Source of the DNA: Candidatus Bipolaricaulota bacterium | GTDB taxonomy: Bacteria > Bipolaricaulota > Bipolaricaulia > UBA7950 > UBA9294 | Reading direction: 5' to 3' | NCBI GenBank assembly: GCA_027007005.1 | Contig: JALTFO010000048.1 | Span: forward strand, 3,342 to 67,341 | Length of the DNA stretch: 64,000 nt | Shown: positions 1 through 10,007 of the stretch, one piece after another | How positions within the stretch are numbered: position 1 is the stretch's first letter | Layout: each line of letters opens with the position of its first letter | Made by a program: the position numbers and the translations under genes | Notes under the pieces: model-generated | What the model saw: the letters and a program-made list of their open reading frames with translations, nothing else | What the model was told of the DNA's origin: nothing | Databases searched by the model: none

Positions 1-1036
1 TCAGAGCTCCGGCGTGGATCAGTTGGCCACGCATGGCGAGCGTCCACATTCCGACGGCGGCAAGCTGAGAGAATGTGATCGTCCCCAACCGCGACACGGC
101 ATTTATCACCTTCTTCTCCAAGCCAGGAAGTTCCTTCACTCTGTGTAGCTGCTTCCCGATGGTGAGGAAGGCGCGCTGCCTACCCGTGGTCATAAAGTCG
201 TAGGTGATGTTCATAGGGAGGACGTTTGGATTGCGTGCCATCTTAACAATCCGGATGAGCCCTGCCTTGGCCTCCTCAAACTTGCCGTCCTTCTCCAGCC
301 CTCCTTCAGGAGCTATGTATAGGGGATCTCCTTCATCGAGCACCGCCGCGAAACGAGCTAGTGCATCCAACGTCTCTCTCACGTGCTGCGTGCGGAGCTT
401 CCGTCTGATTTCGGGGGCAAACACGGAGAACTCGCGCTCCCGATCGAGTGCCCGGTGATAGCGAAAGCGCAGCACGCCCGAGATGTGAGTGGTTGCCTTG
501 GCTCCGGGGATCATCTCCTGCACCGAACGCGAGAACAGATCTCCAACGGGCACGTTCCCTATTATCTCTAGAACTGTACGCAGATGTGCCTTTAGCTTGC
601 GCCCATGTAGGTACCCGATCGGATAAGCACGGATCGCCTTGAGTACCGCACTGAGGTTGGCCGGATAGATCAAGCGACGCAGCCACTGCGGCCGATGTAG
701 GACATAGTCTGATAGATAACCGGGCAGGAACATGCGCTCAGCAGCGACAAACGCGATCCCTTTCCCTGTCCCATTTCTTGCGCGATACAGCTTCGGCCCA
801 AGGATGATGATGTCGAAGTCGGTCTTGTGGTTCGCTACAACCAGTGTTCCATCTGGGTTGCTAAGATTCGGCCTTCCGCTCACCTCTAGGTCGAACATTA
901 TGTGCTGACCGATCGGGAACGCGGCAACGAGAAACTTTCTGATCAACCTTCCCCACCACGGCGTGTGCGGTGCGCGGACGCTCCTTGTCGCAACGGCTAT
1001 CATGGCCAGCGAAAGGTTCAATAGTTCATGATTCAT
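1..1036 (-). CDS. PlsC-like (lysophospholipid) acyltransferase, 3' end runs off the window
   Basis: Not in ORF track. Manual translation gives LVVANHKTDFDIII (NHX4D motif) and later YIAPEGG (PEG motif). ATG at 1036 follows an AGGTAGGAAG RBS-like stretch; alternative ATG at 1003. Confidence 0.75.
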   Translation of the reverse strand, partial: MNHELLNLSLAMIAVATRSVRAPHTPWWGRLIRKFLVAAFPIGQHIMFDLEVSGRPNLSNPDGTLVVANHKTDFDIIILGPKLYRARNGTGKGIAFVAAERMFLPGYLSDYVLHRPQWLRRLIYPANLSAVLKAIRAYPIGYLHGRKLKAHLRTVLEIIGNVPVGDLFSRSVQEMIPGAKATTHISGVLRFRYHRALDREREFSVFAPEIRRKLRTQHVRETLDALARFAAVLDEGDPLYIAPEGGLEKDGKFEEAKAGLIRIVKMARNPNVLPMNITYDFMTTGRQRAFLTIGKQLHRVKELPGLEKKVINAVSRLGTITFSQLAAVGMWTLAMRGQLIHAGAL

Positions 1037-1114
1037 CCATATTCTTCCTACCTTTGCTTGTATCGAGCGGTACCACTACCATAAAATACACCACTTGCCC
1101 GCAAAAGGAAAGCC

Positions 1115-2197
1115 ATGAACGAACATACTACCAAGAAAGTGTTGTTTGGAACGAGCTCGTGGGGACTGGGTCACGCCACCCGCGATCTGAATCTCATCCG
1201 TGGTCTGCTGTCACGTGGTTGCGATGTGACGCTCGTCTCGACGGGAAATGCACTACAGGTCCTCAAGGACGAACTGGGCGACTCCTGTCGTTACCTTGAT
1301 TGGCCAGATATCCCTTCCAGCGTAGCGCGGTCAAGTTTCTTGTTCTACATGAAGACAACAACCAACATTCCACGCATCATCTGGACTTGGCACAACGAGA
1401 AGCGCCTCGTTTCCAACCTGTTACGGAGGGAACACTTCGATCTTATTGTTACTGATCACCGCAATGGTCTCGTCCGTAGCGACGTTCCTTCGTACTTCAT
1501 CACCCACAGTCCACGCTACATTGCCCCGTGGCGTGATCCGTTCATGGAGGGAGTGATGGAATGGTTCTTGGCGCGCTGGTTTGCCCCGGTGAGAGGAATC
1601 CTCGTTCCCGACGACGAAGACGGTGGAATGAGCGGGGACATGAGCCACAAAATCAGGTTCACTCCTAGGGAGAAGATCACGTATCTTGGCATACTCTCAA
1701 GCGTACACCGTCGCGACCTACCGCAAGACATCGATTACTTCATCACCATTTCTGGCCCGGAGCCGCAGCGGACGATGTTTGCCGAGAAAGTTCTATCACA
1801 GGTCAAAGCTCTCAGCGGAAAGATCGTGATCGCTCTGGGAATACCGGGTGGTAGAGCACCGGAGCTGGGAAATGGGATCGAGGTCTATCCTTACCTGAAC
1901 CGAGAAAAACAGGAAGAAATGCTCAATCGCGCCAAACTAGTGGTCTGCCGTTCGGGGTACACCACATTGATGGAGCTAGCCGAGATCGGAAGGAGAGCGC
2001 TCCTCATCCCTACTCCCGGCCAATCAGAGCAGGAGTACCTGGCAAAGACACTGCGTGAACGGGGAGTGTTCTACAGTGTGAAGCAGACTAAGCTTGATCT
2101 GGTGCGCGATACGGACCTTGCTCGTAACTACCCGGGGTACACGCCGGAGCACCTGACGGAGAAATCCGTGGAGCGGTTCCTCCAAACTGTGCTCTAA
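1115..2197 (+). CDS. GT-B glycosyltransferase (MurG/GT28-like, MJ1255-type)
   Basis: N-terminal GLGHATR; C-terminal CRSGYTTLMEL and IPTPGQSEQ motifs. Confidence 0.8.
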   Translation: MNEHTTKKVLFGTSSWGLGHATRDLNLIRGLLSRGCDVTLVSTGNALQVLKDELGDSCRYLDWPDIPSSVARSSFLFYMKTTTNIPRIIWTWHNEKRLVSNLLRREHFDLIVTDHRNGLVRSDVPSYFITHSPRYIAPWRDPFMEGVMEWFLARWFAPVRGILVPDDEDGGMSGDMSHKIRFTPREKITYLGILSSVHRRDLPQDIDYFITISGPEPQRTMFAEKVLSQVKALSGKIVIALGIPGGRAPELGNGIEVYPYLNREKQEEMLNRAKLVVCRSGYTTLMELAEIGRRALLIPTPGQSEQEYLAKTLRERGVFYSVKQTKLDLVRDTDLARNYPGYTPEHLTEKSVERFLQTVL

Positions 2198-2497
2198 CTC
2201 CGAGAATAGGGATGGAATATCGGCATCAGCTCTTCTTGCTACGAGTCATCACTTGCCACAATGCTCGTAGGCACCTAGATCAGGGGCTGCTCCACAAGCG
2301 CGCAGAACGCCTTCCGGTTCCAAATCGGGGAGCTCAAGCCTCACAAATCGGAGTACCCACCGGCATGCACCTCCTCTCCCGATGAGCGTGCATCGCAATT
2401 TAAGACCAAGTTCCCTTCTCCACAACTAGCTTTAGATTCCGAGATCCGAGAGGCTACTTTGGCAGTTTATTGCATTTAGAACCACGCCCAGTCAATC

Positions 2498-2653
2498 TTA
2501 AAGGTACTTGCCCACTCTTCGGGATGAGCCTTCTGCCGATTTGGTGGTCGTTGGTTTTGCTACGCTGTAAGGCTCTCCTTTAATCGGCATCAAATCCATC
2601 TTCCAGGCTAGCGCTTCTTTGTAGAACTGCTTTGCTCTTTAAACGTCGATCAT
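2498..2653 (-). pseudogene. Remnant of VOC/glyoxalase-family gene
   Basis: Translates MIDV*RAKQFYKEALAWKMDLMP, resembling the D-VERAKxFY-x3-FGW VOC start, with TAA at 2639-2641 where GAA is expected. Confidence 0.45.
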
Positions 2654-2809
2654 CAAGATCTTGCACCAACTGAAGTCAGCGTGTGTCTCAAACATGCTCT
2701 TCATCCCAATCCTCCTCCGGCGCTTTCCATCATCATCACGCAAGATCACGCAGGCAAAGCATTGACGACAAGGCATGTCTGGCGTATCCTAAACACGGGT
2801 GATCTGCGG

Positions 2810-3181
2810 ATGACAAAATCGACAAGGGGTCAAGTGGATCGGTTCACGTGGGCTATTCTCCTGCTTATCTTCGGGGTGTTCCTCTTGATCAATCGTGAGT
2901 CGATCAACTGGATCGGTTTCTTAATCGCAGCCGGATTCCTCGTCGCTGCGGCCTTCTATAAGCAGTCCCGCGGATGGGGAAAAGACGTACTTGGACTGAT
3001 TTTCGGTATCGTCCTTGGAGCGCTGGGTGTGGGGAAGCACTATGCGGTTGATGTTCCATGGATTGCAATCGCGGCAATTGCTGTTGCGATCATGCTCTTG
3101 TTCGAGGTATTCAGGAAGGGCAAGCGAAAAGAAGGCGCAGGGCAAGTGATCAACGTTAGTCATCCAAAGTCAGAAGAGTAA
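2810..3181 (+). CDS. Small 4-TM membrane protein, unknown function
   Basis: Four hydrophobic segments. TTGACG-N17-TATCCT promoter-like element at 2762-2790 favours the ATG at 2810. Confidence 0.65.
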   Translation: MTKSTRGQVDRFTWAILLLIFGVFLLINRESINWIGFLIAAGFLVAAAFYKQSRGWGKDVLGLIFGIVLGALGVGKHYAVDVPWIAIAAIAVAIMLLFEVFRKGKRKEGAGQVINVSHPKSEE

Positions 3182-3207
3182 CGCTTTCAAGAAGGCATGA
3201 ACTGCCT

Positions 3208-3816
3208 TCACTTGCCTGCCCGCAAGAGGCCTACTATGATCGCTTTTGCCTCCATCAGATCGGCTGCCCTGAGATAGGGCACCCCCGCAGGGAGCAACTG
3301 GTGCATCCAAGGCTTGTCACCGACAAGGATGAACTCGGCAATCTCCGCTCGCTTGGCAGCGAGAAGGTCCAGGTGTGCATCTCCAATCGCGATTGCCTCA
3401 TCGGGACGGATCTTGAGCTTACCCAGTGCGGAGAGAAAAGCCTGCGGGTCGGGCTTGAGCGCAGTGTCATCACGGCTTGAGACAATGTCGAAGGAAAGGG
3501 GATGCTTTGCGAGAACACGCTCGACGCTCCGGCGAGAGTTATTAGTGATCAGTGCACACTTGACATGAGCCACATGCAGCAATTGCAATAACTCCCTCGT
3601 CCCAGGAGCAAGTGTTCCATTTTCGACCCCCAGTGCCTCATGGCGCTCCAGTATTCGAATGCCTCGGACGCGCTCCTGGGAGGACATGTCCATGAGCTGT
3701 TTGTAGATCGGCCGGCCGTCAACGGGAACGCCGATCTCCTGGCGCACAGCGAGCCAATCGATCGGTGCATCCCAGATCGTCCCATCCATATCGAATAACA
3801 CAGCACGAATTGTCAT
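3208..3816 (-). CDS. HAD-family hydrolase (phosphatase)
   Basis: FDMDGT, ITNN, KPDP and IGDAHLD motifs I-IV. Confidence 0.85.
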   Translation of the reverse strand: MTIRAVLFDMDGTIWDAPIDWLAVRQEIGVPVDGRPIYKQLMDMSSQERVRGIRILERHEALGVENGTLAPGTRELLQLLHVAHVKCALITNNSRRSVERVLAKHPLSFDIVSSRDDTALKPDPQAFLSALGKLKIRPDEAIAIGDAHLDLLAAKRAEIAEFILVGDKPWMHQLLPAGVPYLRAADLMEAKAIIVGLLRAGK

Positions 3817-3866
3817 AGAAGCGCTATATTACCCGAAAACACCACTCAGTGGGTGATCGGTTGGCA

Positions 3867-4904
3867 TTATTGTGTAGGCCCAGGCCTATCCGGGATGGGG
3901 AGGCCAAGAAGCTGACGGTAACTGTCGTAGTACGAGTCATCGATCTCAGTGACGGCGGTCCAACCGTAGAAGCCTTCTCCCCATAGTGCTTTCCCTTCTT
4001 TTGTGCCAAGCTGCTCCTCGACCGCGGCAACGATTCGGTCACTGACATCGGATGGGAAATCAGGACCGAATGCGAGACAGTCGTTCGGGATTGGCCCGAT
4101 CACAGCTAGTACCCCGATCCGTCTGATGACATCATCAAGGTCATAGATGTTCCTCACCGCTCGCCGTAGATCCATGCAAGTTCCGCGCAGCTCCTTACGG
4201 TAAGGAGCATTGTTCCAGCGGTCCCAGATCCACAGTTCCGGATCGTCTCCGGGTTTCCAAGCTGTATTGCTGCAACCGGACGGCGGTAGTGGTGGATTGC
4301 CATACCCCGTGCAGAAATCGCCCTGCCCTTCGAGCAGTGCAACCATGGAGTTGATGTGCCCGCCGCTTTCGACGGTATTACTGAAGCTAATCCCCAGTCT
4401 ATCGAAGAGCATCTTAGGCAGAACATAACCCGAGGTGGAGCCGCGATCGCTGTAGATCCACGTCTTGCCGTTCAGGTCTTGGAGCGAGTCAATCCCCGAA
4501 TCGCGGGGAACGTAAATCCGGGAGAAGTAGTAGGGATACCCATGGCGCACCGCCGCAAGGCGTGGTGTGACATCGCCCTTGGTCAATTGGTAGATGCGGA
4601 CGTATTGATCGGTGGTGACAAACCCGAACGTGTCTCCATCGGAGGAGGCGAACGCTTCGACCATTGCCGCGTAATCGGACTGCAGGCTCACCTCGATGTA
4701 AAGGCCGGTTTTATCATAGAGCGCTTCAGCGATTTGCTTGCCACGGATGGCAAGCTGGGAAGACTCGGTCGATGGGACGAGGAGCATGTAGATCGGCCGC
4801 TCTCTCGTACCTAGTTTCGCTCCAAACACGTAGCTCGAAATAGACAGTAAGGCTCCGATCACGATGAATGTCATAATTGATCTCTGCAAACTCCATGTTT
4901 TCAT
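3867..4904 (-). CDS. PhnD-like phosphate/phosphonate ABC substrate-binding protein (orphan)
   Basis: Signal-peptide-like N-terminus; DYAAMVEA, GSTSGYVLP, GGH and IPND motifs. Confidence 0.75.
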   Translation of the reverse strand: MKTWSLQRSIMTFIVIGALLSISSYVFGAKLGTRERPIYMLLVPSTESSQLAIRGKQIAEALYDKTGLYIEVSLQSDYAAMVEAFASSDGDTFGFVTTDQYVRIYQLTKGDVTPRLAAVRHGYPYYFSRIYVPRDSGIDSLQDLNGKTWIYSDRGSTSGYVLPKMLFDRLGISFSNTVESGGHINSMVALLEGQGDFCTGYGNPPLPPSGCSNTAWKPGDDPELWIWDRWNNAPYRKELRGTCMDLRRAVRNIYDLDDVIRRIGVLAVIGPIPNDCLAFGPDFPSDVSDRIVAAVEEQLGTKEGKALWGEGFYGWTAVTEIDDSYYDSYRQLLGLPIPDRPGPTQ

Positions 4905-4954
4905 GTCACATCCCCTATACAGATGGTTCTCACACGCTTCTCTTGCCTAGTACC

Positions 4955-6217
4955 CTAGAGCTTATCGATATCGGGAACCGTCCCATCAGCCAGTCGAAAG
5001 AGCATTTCTCCGGCGTGAGGAACAACCAGGATTCCCTCATCCTCCCGGTTCTCGTAGTCTCTTGGGTTAATCGTAGATGGGTCGATGTAGCCCAGGTTGA
5101 TCTCGCGGCATACGTCCTCTGGGATTCCAGTAGCTAGGATGACCTCCATCCGATCGTGTTCCACACCGTTGCGATAGGTCCCTATCCCCTTGACGTGCGT
5201 GGAATGGGCGAGGATGGCACGCGGCACATCCTTGAACTTATCCCACTGTCCGAGGAAATAGTCACGGGTGTGGTAGCCAACTTGGCGGATTAATTTACCG
5301 TGCGTTACGGAGATCTCGGACAAGCCGGGAGCGTAGATGATCACCCGTCCACCTTCTGCTACCACAGGTTCAAGTTTGTAGGTGCACTTTCCCGCAGTCC
5401 ACAACTCCCAGTACATCGGCGGGGCCATGGAGAGGACCGTGTTGAACGGATGCTCAACCCAGACGATGTTTTCCTTTGCCGAGAGATCCACTGCCGCCGA
5501 CCAACACTCGTTGACATCACCGACAAAGATCCCCTTCAAGTCGCTTCCGCGCATCACGATGGAGATCCCCACCTGCGGTGTTGTAACAAACGCTGCGGCA
5601 CGCTCAATCATCGCTCGCACCGGTGTCTCTTTGTGCCCAATCGTCTTTGGGCTAGTGATCAGCGCGCCCAACCAATGGGAGTGGTGCACCATCTCCGGGC
5701 CGGATACGCCGGGAAAGAAGTACTTGTGCCCAGCGGAGAATCCCACCACCTCGTGCGGGAAGACCGGTCCGAGGATGATCACCAGATCGTGCTCAAGAAC
5801 CGCTTTGTTTATCGTCACCGGGACTTCCTCGGATAGCTTACCTCCTGAGATTTCCTCCATCTCCACGCGGGTTATCGTTCCCACCTGAGAAAGCACTCTC
5901 GGATTATCCCACTCGTGCTGGAGGATGTGGATGTTTGCGAAATCGTTGAGCTTCGGGCCGAGGTGCACGCGCAGTTCATCCTCAGACAGCGGCGGATGTG
6001 TACCCAGGGCAACTAGAAAGGTCACAGCAACGGCGCGAGGAGAAAGGCTGGCGCTGATTGTTTCGAAGAATGTCGGCATGGGAAGGGTACGCGTGTTATC
6101 GGGAACGATGACCAGCACCTTCTTCCGGGTTACATCGACCTCTCGCAGCGCCTCTCCCAGGCGTTCTCCCGCCTCGCGTGTATCGATCGAGCGGCCGGGA
6201 GCGTATGATAGGATCAT
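4955..6217 (-). CDS. LarA-family (nickel-pincer-dependent) hydroxyacid racemase/epimerase
   Basis: VPDNTR, ALGTHPP and PHEVVGFSAGHKYFFPG motifs; start overlaps gnd stop (ATGA). Confidence 0.85.
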   Translation of the reverse strand: MILSYAPGRSIDTREAGERLGEALREVDVTRKKVLVIVPDNTRTLPMPTFFETISASLSPRAVAVTFLVALGTHPPLSEDELRVHLGPKLNDFANIHILQHEWDNPRVLSQVGTITRVEMEEISGGKLSEEVPVTINKAVLEHDLVIILGPVFPHEVVGFSAGHKYFFPGVSGPEMVHHSHWLGALITSPKTIGHKETPVRAMIERAAAFVTTPQVGISIVMRGSDLKGIFVGDVNECWSAAVDLSAKENIVWVEHPFNTVLSMAPPMYWELWTAGKCTYKLEPVVAEGGRVIIYAPGLSEISVTHGKLIRQVGYHTRDYFLGQWDKFKDVPRAILAHSTHVKGIGTYRNGVEHDRMEVILATGIPEDVCREINLGYIDPSTINPRDYENREDEGILVVPHAGEMLFRLADGTVPDIDKL

Positions 6218-7623
6218 CCTTCCTCCCACTTCGTGTGAAACACGCCATCTTTATCGATGCGCTTGTAAGTGTGTGCTCCGAAGAAGTCGCGCTGTGCCTG
6301 GATCATGTTTGCCGGAAGGCGTGCGCTGCGATAGGCGTCCAAGAAATCGATCGCCGAATCGATCGCCGGAATTGGAATGCCAGATGCGTGCGCCTGAGCG
6401 AGGACACGGCGCAGCCCGGATTGACCCTTATCCCAGACCTCCCTAAACGGAGTTGCTAGGAAGACGAGGGGAAGATCGGGTTCCTCACGGAACACCTGTG
6501 CCATCTGCGTAAGGGTGCGCGCCCGGATGATGCATCCCGCCATCCACACACGTGCTACCTCCGCCGAATCGAGGTTGTATCCTCGTTCCCGCGATGCATC
6601 CTGCAATTGGCGAAACCCTTGTGCGTATGCCGCGAGGACGGTAATCTTGACAGTGCCGAACAGATCCCGTAGGAATTCATCGCGGTCTGCGGAAATCTTG
6701 TTATCCGGTCCCGACAACACGTCCTGTGCTTCCACCCGCTCTTCTTTCAGCGCCGAGATGACGCGGGCAAATACTGACATGGCAATTGTCGGGGCAGGCG
6801 AGCCTATGTCGAGCGCCGACTGCGTTGACCACTTTCCCGTCCCCTTCTGCGCCGCCCGATCGAGGATCAGATCCACAAGCGGTTTTCCTGTGTCAGGGTC
6901 GACTCGACGAAGGATCTTTTCGGTGATTTCAAACAGGTAGGAGGAGAGATCTCCGTTGTTCCACTCCGCGAACACACTTGCCATCTTTTGCGCAGTCATC
7001 TTAAGGCCCCGCGACATCAGATCGTACGCCTCGGCGATCGTTTCCATGATTGCGTACTCGATCCCGTTGTGCACCATCTTCACGTAGTGGCCGGATGATC
7101 CCGGTCCGAAGTAGGCGCAACACGGGCCTTCTGGGCCAACAGCGGCGATCTTGACTAGAATCTCCTCGACCTGTTCGTACCCTTCTCTGTCGCCCCCCGC
7201 CATGATCGCCGGGCCGTGTAGTGCTCCGTCCTCGCCGCCGGAAATTCCGGTTCCCAGGTAGTGGATCCCGTGCTTTCCCGCTTGCTGTATACGCTTTTCA
7301 GTATCAGAGTAGTGCGCGTTCCCGCCATCGATCACGACATCACCCGACGATAGAAGCGGGAAGAGCTGCTCCAGGACCGCGTCGGTTGCTGGTCCAGCCT
7401 TCACCATCAGGATCATCTTTCTCGGAACGGAGAGCGCTTCCACGAACTCTTTCAACGAGTGTGTGGGAACGACTCTCTTGCCTTCACACTTGTCACGCAT
7501 GAACTCATCCGTGCGAAACCGCGTCCGGTTGTACACCGCCACCGTGTAGTCGCGGCTCTCCACATTCAACGCCAGGTTCTGGCCCATCACCGCCAGGCCG
7601 ATCACGCCAAAGTCAGCACTCAT
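6214..7623 (-). CDS. gnd: 6-phosphogluconate dehydrogenase, decarboxylating
   Basis: GLAVMG, YNRT, KMVHNGIEY, QKGTGKW and QAQRDFFGAH motifs. Confidence 0.95.
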   Translation of the reverse strand: MSADFGVIGLAVMGQNLALNVESRDYTVAVYNRTRFRTDEFMRDKCEGKRVVPTHSLKEFVEALSVPRKMILMVKAGPATDAVLEQLFPLLSSGDVVIDGGNAHYSDTEKRIQQAGKHGIHYLGTGISGGEDGALHGPAIMAGGDREGYEQVEEILVKIAAVGPEGPCCAYFGPGSSGHYVKMVHNGIEYAIMETIAEAYDLMSRGLKMTAQKMASVFAEWNNGDLSSYLFEITEKILRRVDPDTGKPLVDLILDRAAQKGTGKWSTQSALDIGSPAPTIAMSVFARVISALKEERVEAQDVLSGPDNKISADRDEFLRDLFGTVKITVLAAYAQGFRQLQDASRERGYNLDSAEVARVWMAGCIIRARTLTQMAQVFREEPDLPLVFLATPFREVWDKGQSGLRRVLAQAHASGIPIPAIDSAIDFLDAYRSARLPANMIQAQRDFFGAHTYKRIDKDGVFHTKWEEG

Positions 7624-8525
7624 CCATTCACCTCCCACGGTGGACGCTCGGGGAGCGCCCGCTCGAACCGTTCGATCAGCATCCCTTCGTACTCGCCGGC
7701 ATAGGTCCCGGAGAGGAACCGCTCCGTCGCTTCCTCGTAGAACAACTTCCAGGACGCGATCTCGTCTCCGGGAATAATCGGGTAGAAGAGAGCACCGTTC
7801 GCCCTGGCTGCCCGCATGTCACCCGGTGCGTCCCCGATCATGAGGACGTGCCCATCAGGGTAGCTCGAGGCGACCGCCGCGATCTGCTCGGTCTTCGTCC
7901 CCATCTCCTGCCCACAGATGAGCCCAGCGTAGCGCGCGATCCCATGCTCGGTCCACTCTCGCTCCAGCGCTTCCAGCGGAGTAGCCGAGACAACGACCAT
8001 GTCCGTCTTGTCATTCATAAGTTCCAAGGATTCACACACGTAGGGAAAGGGCGGGATTCCCTTCACGATCTCTTTCACCGCCCAGTTTACGCGCTCCGCC
8101 CACTCCAGCACGTGCGACAGTTCCTTTCTCTTCTCGACATCATTTGCTTCATTGATCGCCTGTTTCAATCCATCGTTTGAAAGGAGGCTCGCTGGATCAT
8201 CCACCCAGGCAAAGTAGTGCGGGAACTGCGGAACCTGAAATCCGCGCTCCTTGGTCTGCTGGTGACTCGGCAGCAGTTCTTTGAGGATGCGCTTGATCGT
8301 CACATGCCGGTTTGCCCCGCGCGTCTTCGAGTAAAGATCGGCGAACTCCTTACACTCGCGCGCCGCCTGTGCTACCGGCTGCAATCTGAAGTAGGCAATC
8401 ATCCACGGGCAGAAGCACTCCCTCTGTTTGATCCCCATTGTGTCGAACGCACAGCCATCAGAATCGATGCAGACAAGATAATCCTTGCTTGGCTTGAATT
8501 CCTCTAGTCGCTTACGATAATCCAT
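7620..8525 (-). CDS. HAD-family hydrolase
   Basis: IDSDGC motif I, VVSAT, MIGDAPGD; stop overlaps gnd start. Confidence 0.8.
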   Translation of the reverse strand: MDYRKRLEEFKPSKDYLVCIDSDGCAFDTMGIKQRECFCPWMIAYFRLQPVAQAARECKEFADLYSKTRGANRHVTIKRILKELLPSHQQTKERGFQVPQFPHYFAWVDDPASLLSNDGLKQAINEANDVEKRKELSHVLEWAERVNWAVKEIVKGIPPFPYVCESLELMNDKTDMVVVSATPLEALEREWTEHGIARYAGLICGQEMGTKTEQIAAVASSYPDGHVLMIGDAPGDMRAARANGALFYPIIPGDEIASWKLFYEEATERFLSGTYAGEYEGMLIERFERALPERPPWEVNG

Positions 8526-8630
8526 CTTCCCTCACTTTCAGAGTTTACATTCTTCTGTAGCGTCGTAGCTTGTCTGCGACGTTCCGTATCTCCGTGTCTC
8601 CGCGCCCCTCCAGCTCCAGCTCCCGTTTCT

Positions 8631-9917
8631 TCATCGATACCCTTCCGGGATGTACTCTTGACATTTCTTCTCGACGAAGATCTCTCTCAAGCGGGCGAAC
8701 CGCTGCAGCCCACCGACAAGCGGGATTCTAGGCCCAGATTCACCAATCAACGGGCGAGCATAATTCAGGAACTCATCGGTCACGTCGATCCCGCTCGGCG
8801 CGATCCATTCTGTGGGAAAGACCCGCTCAGAGTTTGCCATATCTTCAAGCCTTGCTTTGCCGTAAGAAACGTTGTACGTAGGTCCTGGAACGCGCACGAT
8901 CGTCGCCATGTAGCCCGTCCGTTCCTTGATCGCTATCTCTACTGCGTGGCGGCCGACGGAGTAGGCCTCTTCCAGGTCGACGATCGAAGAATAGGCGATC
9001 GCGTCGCGCTGATCTGTCCCCGGGATCTGCCCACGCGCACTCCCACGCACGACTAAGCCGCTTTGGTTCAAGTGATTGACCACGACCTGCATGACCGACG
9101 TCTCGCTTGCGCTGAACTGCGTGTGACCGAAGGAGTCCCTATTGTCTCCGAGGTCGCCGACATCAAACCCCTCACTCACCACGACGATCACCCGCCCACT
9201 GCCGCGAAGCTCATTGTTCACATTATCTGTAAGTTCATCGAGTGTACACTCGACCTCGGGAAGATAGATCTGCAGTGGCATCTCGCGGTACGGGTCGGCA
9301 AGGCGCGCCGCAGCGGGGATGAAACCGATCTTTCGCCCCATCGCTTGCACGACGAGCACCGGATCTGAGGGTGATGAACCACGGTTCTCCTCGTTTAGGT
9401 TCTGGATCATGTGCGCCCAGTAGCGCGCAGTCGATCCGTATCCCGGCGTATGGTCGATCAACCTGAACTCTTGATCGCCGAGGTCGTTATCGATCGTCTT
9501 TGGAACGCCGACACAAACGAGGTCCAACCCGTTTTGTTGCGCAAGCTCGCTCACCCTGTACGCTGTGTCCATGGAGTCGTTCCCTCCGATGTAGAAGAAA
9601 AAACCGACGTTCTGCGCACGGAAGATCTCGATGATCCGCTCCATGTCTTCTGTCTGTTCAGGGCGTATCTTGTAGCGACAGGTGCCGATTGCACCGGCGG
9701 CCGGTGTAGTGCGAAGAAGCTTTAGCTCTTCCTCGGGCTGGGCCGACAGGTCGAGAAGTTCCTCTTTTAGAACTCCCTCGATCCCATGATAGGCTGCGTA
9801 GATCTTCCCAAAGCGATCTGGGTAGCTCCGGCAGGCCTCCACAACCCCGAGTAGGGACGAATTGATCACCACGGTTGGGCCGCCCGACTGTGCTATGACG
9901 ACATTTCTTGCTTTCAT
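8631..9917 (-). CDS. PfkA-family kinase, predicted PPi-dependent
   Basis: QSGGPT, IGGNDS, PKTIDND and MGR motifs. Confidence 0.85.
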   Translation of the reverse strand: MKARNVVIAQSGGPTVVINSSLLGVVEACRSYPDRFGKIYAAYHGIEGVLKEELLDLSAQPEEELKLLRTTPAAGAIGTCRYKIRPEQTEDMERIIEIFRAQNVGFFFYIGGNDSMDTAYRVSELAQQNGLDLVCVGVPKTIDNDLGDQEFRLIDHTPGYGSTARYWAHMIQNLNEENRGSSPSDPVLVVQAMGRKIGFIPAAARLADPYREMPLQIYLPEVECTLDELTDNVNNELRGSGRVIVVVSEGFDVGDLGDNRDSFGHTQFSASETSVMQVVVNHLNQSGLVVRGSARGQIPGTDQRDAIAYSSIVDLEEAYSVGRHAVEIAIKERTGYMATIVRVPGPTYNVSYGKARLEDMANSERVFPTEWIAPSGIDVTDEFLNYARPLIGESGPRIPLVGGLQRFARLREIFVEKKCQEYIPEGYR

Positions 9918-10007
9918 CCCGAAAGCTCCTTTCCTAATGATCTACGTTTGGCCTGATCTATGGGCAGCTTCTTATCAATACTCATCACCGATCACTCATC
10001 ACGGCTT

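Noticed and set aside
2248-2345. Minus-strand fragment ending GAAPDLGAYEH, like the C-terminus of secreted beta-helix proteins
   Set aside because: About 30 codons resting on a single short motif; too weak to call.
8526-10007. Short intergenic repeats (CTCCG/CTCCAG runs near 8585-8625; ACTCATCAC twice near 9980-10000)
   Set aside because: Too short and irregular for CRISPR or REP elements.
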